Of a stretch of DNA of 64,000 bases, positions 59,178 to 64,000 are shown piece by piece. Every line of letters starts with the position of its first letter. Within the stretch, counting starts at the first letter, position 1. A program made the translations under genes and the position numbers. Origin of the DNA: Parcubacteria bacterium DG_74_3 (lineage in GTDB: Bacteria; Patescibacteriota; Minisyncoccia; Minisyncoccales; DG-74-3); NCBI GenBank assembly GCA_001302985.1, contig LJNG01000002.1, forward strand, positions 7,164-71,163, read 5' to 3'. The notes below the pieces were generated by a model that worked only from the letters and a program-made list of their open reading frames with translations, did no database searches and was not told the DNA's origin.

Positions 59178-60905
59178 TTATTTTTCTTCAGCAACCCTCA
59201 ACACCTCTTCTATGGTAGTAACCCCACTTAATACCTTTAAAATTCCATCTTGTTTCATGGTAATCATACCTTGACGCTTTGCTTCTTGAAAAATTTTTGT
59301 CTCCGAGGGTTCTTTTAAAATTATTTCAGAGAGCTGTTCGGTCATAGACAAAACCTCAAATAAGCCAATACGGCCAGTAAAACCAGAGTTACCACACTCT
59401 TTACAACCCTGGGCTTCCCAGATTTTTAATGTTTTGGGAATTTTAAAATCTCTTTGAATATCTGGGGGAAGCTCTGCTATTTCTTTTAGAATTAAATCTT
59501 TAATCTTCTCCGGAGGTTTTTTTTCTTTTTTACAAGAATCACAGAGTCTTCTAACCAATCTTTGAGCAATGGCAACGCTTAAGGACGAAGGAATCAAATA
59601 GGGCTGAACTCCCAAATCAATCAATCTAGGAATTACCCCCAAGGAATTGGAGGTGTGGATGGTAGACAAAACAACGTGACCAGTTAGGGCAGCATGGGTA
59701 GCTAAAGCAGCGGTATCTGAATCTCGAATCTCACCGACCATGATAATATCAGGGTCCTGTCTTAAAATATGGCGAAGACCGATAGAAAAGTTATAACCGA
59801 TTTCTGGTTTTACCTGAGACTGATTGATACCTTCAATAAAATACTCTACCGGATCCTCAAGGGTAACAATATTGACTCCTTCATTGTTTAAAAGTCGTAA
59901 AATTGCATAAAGAGTAGTTGTTTTTCCACAACCAGTAGGGCCGGTAGCCAAAAGCATACCGTAGGGCTTCTGAATTGCTTCTTGCATTATCTTAAAATTT
60001 CTTCCCTCAAGCCCTAATTCTTCGAAATTCTTAAGACCAACAGCGGGATCAAGAACCCTAATTGCCACTTTTTCTCCTAAGGTAGTGGGAAGGGTAGAAA
60101 CTCGAAAATCAACGTCTTTACCGTTAATTTTTGTTGAAAATCTGCCGTCTTGAGGAATTCGGGTTTCGTCAATTTTTAAATTAGAAAGAATTTTAACCCG
60201 GGCTACTACTGCCGGGTGAATTCTTAATGGTAAAAATATAGAAGAATGAAGAAAACCCAATAATCTAAACCTAATTTTTAACTTTTCTCGGGTGGGTTCA
60301 ATGTGAACGTCAGAAGCATCTCCTTCTACGGCGTGCCTTAAGATAACTGCCACAATTTTAGTAATCGGGGCTTCTTCAGCCAATCTCTCAAATTCGGCAA
60401 CGGTTCTAGGTCGAACTTCAACTCTTGCTGCTTCCAGTTCGGTCTCTAATTCCTCAAGAGCTCTTCCCACCTCTCTTTTTAAGGTTCGGTATTGTTTTAA
60501 AAATTTATTGAGGGTGTTGGGTGTAATCAGAAAAACTTTATAGGTAAACCCTCCTTGCCTTGCTAAAAAATTAAGAGCTTCCTGGGCTTTCAAGTCTTCT
60601 GGATAAACCATTCCTATCTCTAAGACCTTGTCTTTTTTTGTTAGGGGTATCATATTGTAATGTCTGGCTGTTTCTTCGGGAATGAGCTCTAATGTTTCCA
60701 GGGGGGCTTCGCTTGCCTCTATCTCTTTTAGAGGTATCTTTAAATTCTCTGCCTTTAGATTAAATAACAGGGATTCGCTAACTAAGCGTTTTTCTAAAAG
60801 TAATTCTTCTTCTTTTTTACCAGTTGCTTTAACTTCAAATTCTAAGGAGGTAGCTATTTCCTTTTTTAATAATCCTTTTTTAACTAGTTCTTTAATCAAG
60901 GACAT
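59178..60905 (-). CDS. pilB: Type IV pilus assembly ATPase PilB (GspE family)
   Basis: N-terminal GSPII domain. LLATGPTGCGKTTT Walker A. C-terminal CDSC...CKEC zinc motif. Confidence 0.9.
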   Translation of the reverse strand: MSLIKELVKKGLLKKEIATSLEFEVKATGKKEEELLLEKRLVSESLLFNLKAENLKIPLKEIEASEAPLETLELIPEETARHYNMIPLTKKDKVLEIGMVYPEDLKAQEALNFLARQGGFTYKVFLITPNTLNKFLKQYRTLKREVGRALEELETELEAARVEVRPRTVAEFERLAEEAPITKIVAVILRHAVEGDASDVHIEPTREKLKIRFRLLGFLHSSIFLPLRIHPAVVARVKILSNLKIDETRIPQDGRFSTKINGKDVDFRVSTLPTTLGEKVAIRVLDPAVGLKNFEELGLEGRNFKIMQEAIQKPYGMLLATGPTGCGKTTTLYAILRLLNNEGVNIVTLEDPVEYFIEGINQSQVKPEIGYNFSIGLRHILRQDPDIIMVGEIRDSDTAALATHAALTGHVVLSTIHTSNSLGVIPRLIDLGVQPYLIPSSLSVAIAQRLVRRLCDSCKKEKKPPEKIKDLILKEIAELPPDIQRDFKIPKTLKIWEAQGCKECGNSGFTGRIGLFEVLSMTEQLSEIILKEPSETKIFQEAKRQGMITMKQDGILKVLSGVTTIEEVLRVAEEK

Positions 60906-60955
60906 GGCTTTAAATTAAATATAGAGAGTAAAAAAGCCCTAAGAAACATAATCTC

Positions 60956-61231
60956 TTAATAGGGTATAAAAGGATTTTTCCTACCTACCTCTCCTGTAAA
61001 AGCAGGTATCTCTTCAAATGGCTGAAGCTCTTTAAGAAAGGGGTGCTCTAGGACTGCAAAGTTTATTTCAACCTGCTTAATTGGTCTTTCTGGCAGTTCT
61101 GAAAGGGGTAGGGGTCTTTCCTTGGTAAAAAAACCTCGCCAAAGCAGAAAGCCCGTCAACAAAAGCACGGCAACTAAAAATGGAACTAAATATTTTTGTC
61201 TCTTTCTTTGTTCTAAAAAGGTAATTGCCAT
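60956..61231 (-). CDS. Hypothetical small membrane protein in the pilus operon (PilP-position)
   Basis: 91 aa with a single N-terminal TM. ATG start, 15 nt after the pilO stop. Confidence 0.35.
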   Translation of the reverse strand: MAITFLEQRKRQKYLVPFLVAVLLLTGFLLWRGFFTKERPLPLSELPERPIKQVEINFAVLEHPFLKELQPFEEIPAFTGEVGRKNPFIPY

Positions 61232-61245
61232 ATAATAAATCTCTT

Positions 61246-61755
61246 TTAATAAGAATGGGTTTTTATCCTTAAGTTAAAGGTAAAAATACTGCCCTCTTCT
61301 GGAGTGGAAAAGGAAATAGATTCGGTTTCGATGATTCTTGCTGATTTCTCAAGGGTAAAAAGAAAAGACTTAAGAGAAGAATAAGAACCTGTCATCTCGA
61401 AAATCACTCTAGTCTCTTTAATATCTTTGGCAGAAACAGTACTAATTGGGGTCATTCCCGTTATCACTAAACCATTTTGAGAGGCAGCTGTCTGTAAATA
61501 ATTAAAAAGGATGGTTAAAGAAGGTTTTGGAGGTAAAGCGGTATCAATTATTGCTAGTTGGGGTTCATATTGTTTAAGTTTCTCAGAGGTCTCTTTAAGT
61601 CTGGCAAAATATTCTTCTTGAGATTCGAGCTCTACTTTCTTTTCCTCTACTTTACCTTGAACTAATTTAAAATCGCTATATTTGGGAGAAATGAAAGATA
61701 CTCCTAAAATTAGGGATAGAAAAAGACAAAAGGCGCTGATAAGTAAACGGTTCAT
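61246..61755 (-). CDS. pilO: Type IV pilus assembly protein PilO-like
   Basis: N-terminal TM, a coiled-coil segment, then an alpha/beta domain. Position after pilN. Confidence 0.55.
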   Translation of the reverse strand: MNRLLISAFCLFLSLILGVSFISPKYSDFKLVQGKVEEKKVELESQEEYFARLKETSEKLKQYEPQLAIIDTALPPKPSLTILFNYLQTAASQNGLVITGMTPISTVSAKDIKETRVIFEMTGSYSSLKSFLFTLEKSARIIETESISFSTPEEGSIFTFNLRIKTHSY

Positions 61756-62279
61756 TGAAATATTCTTGGATCTAAAGAAAGGTTAATGATAAACTCCACA
61801 CCCCCCTCTTTCCCTATCGAAAGTTGGGATAGGTTGACTTCTTTAATCGAGCTATTGTTTTCAAAAATTAAAAGTTGTTGACCGAGAGCAGAAAAACTAT
61901 CGGCCTGACCAGAAATTACCAGTTGATAGCTTGGGAGCTCTAAACCAAACTGAGAAAGCCAAACTCTGGGATGGCAAAGGTTTTCAATAAAAAGAAATCC
62001 TTTTGAGGGAAAAAGGTGTTGCTTAATTAGTTGAGAAAAATCGTCTATTTTTTTCTGACAGGCAAACACCCTATTTTCCAATGCTATTTCTTGACCAGTT
62101 CTTTCGCGCGTTAAAGTATCTTGGAGTTCTAACAGGGTAGCTTCCCCTTGGGTTATAAAACGACCTAAGGCAAAATAACTGACAATAGAAGCAATTAGTA
62201 ATAGGAAAGAAAAATAAAAAAGAAAGTTTTGCCAAAAAGGTATTTTGACTGGGGGTTTGGGTATTATTTCTATGGCCAT
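61752..62279 (-). CDS. pilN: Type IV pilus assembly protein PilN-like
   Basis: Start MAIEIIPKPP resembles the PilN INLLP PilM-binding motif; a TM follows. First ATG at 62279; the ORF track extends to 62324. Confidence 0.55.
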   Translation of the reverse strand: MAIEIIPKPPVKIPFWQNFLFYFSFLLLIASIVSYFALGRFITQGEATLLELQDTLTRERTGQEIALENRVFACQKKIDDFSQLIKQHLFPSKGFLFIENLCHPRVWLSQFGLELPSYQLVISGQADSFSALGQQLLIFENNSSIKEVNLSQLSIGKEGGVEFIINLSLDPRIFQ

Positions 62280-62283
62280 AAAC

Positions 62284-63372
62284 TTATTCGAGTCCTCGCA
62301 ATGCCATGCCCACGGCGATAGCAAAAGATGGACCCATTTGTTTTAAAGTATTTTCTAAAATCGGGGGGTAAAACATGCTGGAAAAGGGGTCAGCGATTTG
62401 AATTTCCTTTTTGAAAAAATCTTGAAAATGTTCTTTTAAACCAGGCAGCAGGGCCGTTCCGCCAGCTAATATAATTTTCTCAACCTCTTTTCCTTCGATT
62501 TGAGAAAAACTCTGACAAACCCTTTCAATTTCTCTCAAGATTACATCAATTAGGGGTGTTAAAATTTCCCTGATTTCTTTTCCCTTTCCATTTTCTCCTC
62601 TTTGCTCCCTCAAAAGACCATATTCCTTTTTCAGGACCCCTGCTTCTTCATAGTCAATACCTAATCCTTTTGAAACAACCTCGGTTAACTCGTTTCCCGA
62701 AAGATCAAAACTGTGGGATGTTTTTAAAATTTTTTTCTCAACAATGCTGCAGGTGGTAGTCTGGGCTCCGATATCAACCAGAGCTAGGGGTTGGGTAATT
62801 TCTTCTCCCACCAAAGAACGTAAAAGACCAAACGCCTCGGCCTCTAAGGCTCGGAGTTCAAGATTGGAAATTTCAGCTATGGTTTGATATTGATGAATGA
62901 CTTCGTTGGGGACAGCTACCAAAAGAATTTTTGATTTTTTTTGTTTCTGATTGGTGGGACCTTCAATAACCTGCCAGTCAAGAGCAACCTCTCCGAAGGG
63001 AACGGGAACATGCCTTTTAGCCTCGTAAAGAACTGCCTGCGATAATTCTTCTTGACTCATTGGTGGTAATTCAAAATTGGTAAAGAAGCTAGAGAAGTCA
63101 GGAATGGAAAAAATCACTTGGCGAGTTTTAATTTTAGCTTCTTCAAGAATGGCTTTTATCGCCCGGGAAATATTTTGATTGGAGAGAGAAAGGGTGCTCT
63201 TTTCAAATGTTCTAAAGGGTTCTTTATAAAGCGCAGAGGCCTTTATTTCACCATAATTTTCCAGTTTTTTTCTTTCACCCCAGCGTGACAGCTCTATAAG
63301 CTTAATCGAAGATGTCCCGATATCTATCCCCAAGAATCTTTTAGGAATTATTTTAAAGGGTTCCAAAACCAT
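62284..63372 (-). CDS. pilM: Type IV pilus assembly protein PilM (actin-like ATPase fold)
   Basis: FLGIDIGTSSIKLIEL N-terminal actin/FtsA-like motif; 362 aa. Confidence 0.8.
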   Translation of the reverse strand: MVLEPFKIIPKRFLGIDIGTSSIKLIELSRWGERKKLENYGEIKASALYKEPFRTFEKSTLSLSNQNISRAIKAILEEAKIKTRQVIFSIPDFSSFFTNFELPPMSQEELSQAVLYEAKRHVPVPFGEVALDWQVIEGPTNQKQKKSKILLVAVPNEVIHQYQTIAEISNLELRALEAEAFGLLRSLVGEEITQPLALVDIGAQTTTCSIVEKKILKTSHSFDLSGNELTEVVSKGLGIDYEEAGVLKKEYGLLREQRGENGKGKEIREILTPLIDVILREIERVCQSFSQIEGKEVEKIILAGGTALLPGLKEHFQDFFKKEIQIADPFSSMFYPPILENTLKQMGPSFAIAVGMALRGLE

Positions 63373-63468
63373 AATTTTACTTTCGCTTTCTCCTATTATA
63401 TCATTTTAAAAGAAAATGGCTAAGTATTACAATCTTTCTTTTTCTGGTACTTAATATAATATGATAAC

Positions 63469-64000
63469 ATGAACAAAAAATTTTTTCTTGACCTTTTATT
63501 TCCTCGGTTTTGTTTCGGTTGTCAAAAAGAAGGAAGCTATCTTTGTGAAGATTGTCAGAATATTCTGGGAATCTTAGAATCCCACCAAACTTATTCAGGA
63601 AAGAATCTTAAGGATTTATATTGGGCAACACCATATCAGAATCCCTTGATGAAAAAATTAATCCATTGTTTCAAATATGAACCCTTTTTGAAAGAACTAT
63701 CAAAGTCTCTCTCTTTGCTCATCATAAATCATTTTCAGTTAATTGAAAAGCAACCCGATTTTTCTGAGTTTATTTTAATTCCGGTGCCCCTCTATAAAAA
63801 AAGATTAAAGTGGCGGGGTTTCAATCAGGCAGAAGAAATAGGAAAAGAAGTTTCTGAATTTTTAAAAATTCCTCTAATTTCAAATTGCTTATTAAAAATA
63901 AAAGAGACCCCGCCTCAAATTGAACTCTTAGAGACCGAAAGAAAAGAAAGTGTTTTGGGGGTCTTTTGGGTAAAAAAAGAGGAGATAGAGGAAGAAAAAA
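63469..64000 (+). CDS. comFC: ComF family protein (ComFC-like phosphoribosyltransferase), partial at the window end
   Basis: Own translation from the ATG at 63469. N-terminal 4-Cys zinc finger FPRFCFGCQKEGSYLCEDCQ. RGFNQAEEI motif. Not in the ORF track because it runs off the window. Confidence 0.7.
   Translation, partial: MNKKFFLDLLFPRFCFGCQKEGSYLCEDCQNILGILESHQTYSGKNLKDLYWATPYQNPLMKKLIHCFKYEPFLKELSKSLSLLIINHFQLIEKQPDFSEFILIPVPLYKKRLKWRGFNQAEEIGKEVSEFLKIPLISNCLLKIKETPPQIELLETERKESVLGVFWVKKEEIEEEK

Overview
The window is AT-rich, gene-dense bacterial DNA, and most genes are on the minus strand. The gene content looks like a Candidate Phyla Radiation / Patescibacteria-type genome. That is an inference from small proteins, a type IV pilus plus ComFC competence set, several archaeal-type enzymes, RRM proteins, weak Shine-Dalgarno sequences, and frequent TTG/GTG starts in the ORF track.

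Housekeeping genes:
- rpoB-rpoC
- dnaG-rpoD followed by tRNA-Asn
- groES-groEL with a CIRCE-like operator
- uvrA and a divergent short uvrC
- recA, ftsK, NAD-dependent ligA, an FtsW/RodA-family gene
- the rpsF-ssb-rpsR operon
- trpS, ychF, secG, rnj (abutting tRNA-Leu)
- tRNA-Ser

Accessory content:
1. 175..6218, minus strand. This is the most unusual part: a ten-gene operon that combines two MinD-like ATPases with inserted 4Fe-4S ferredoxin motifs, three NifX/NafY-like (FGRA-motif) domains (one fused to the C-terminus of a CDF metal exporter), a ZnuBC-like ABC pair, a DUF134 HTH regulator, a Gly/Arg-rich zinc-ribbon protein and a DUF5320-like protein. It is an uncharacterised metal / Fe-S cofactor-handling module.
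2. 14737..20064. Three tandem paralogous GT4 glycosyltransferases, then an APH-like kinase and a GDE-like glycoside hydrolase.
3. 27951..36411. A nucleotide-sugar block: orphan family-5 solute-binding protein with an inserted peptidoglycan-binding domain, cupin-type (archaeal) phosphoglucose isomerase, galU, a second NTP-transferase, and PMM/PGM.
4. 52273..63372. A complete type IV pilus locus (pilM-N-O, pilB, REC, pilT, pilC, two pilins, pilD, three pseudopilins, PilX-like), followed by a partial comFC at the window edge.

Non-coding observations:
- a promoter-plus-terminator unit that could be a small RNA or attenuator (8781..8916)
- a GC-rich, pseudoknot-capable element in an AT-rich intergenic region (10439..10505)
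- a ~110-bp imperfect direct repeat that duplicates the rpoC 3' end and terminator and brackets a GC-richer 175-bp insert (41836..42233)

No CRISPR array, rRNA or recognisable transposase was seen.
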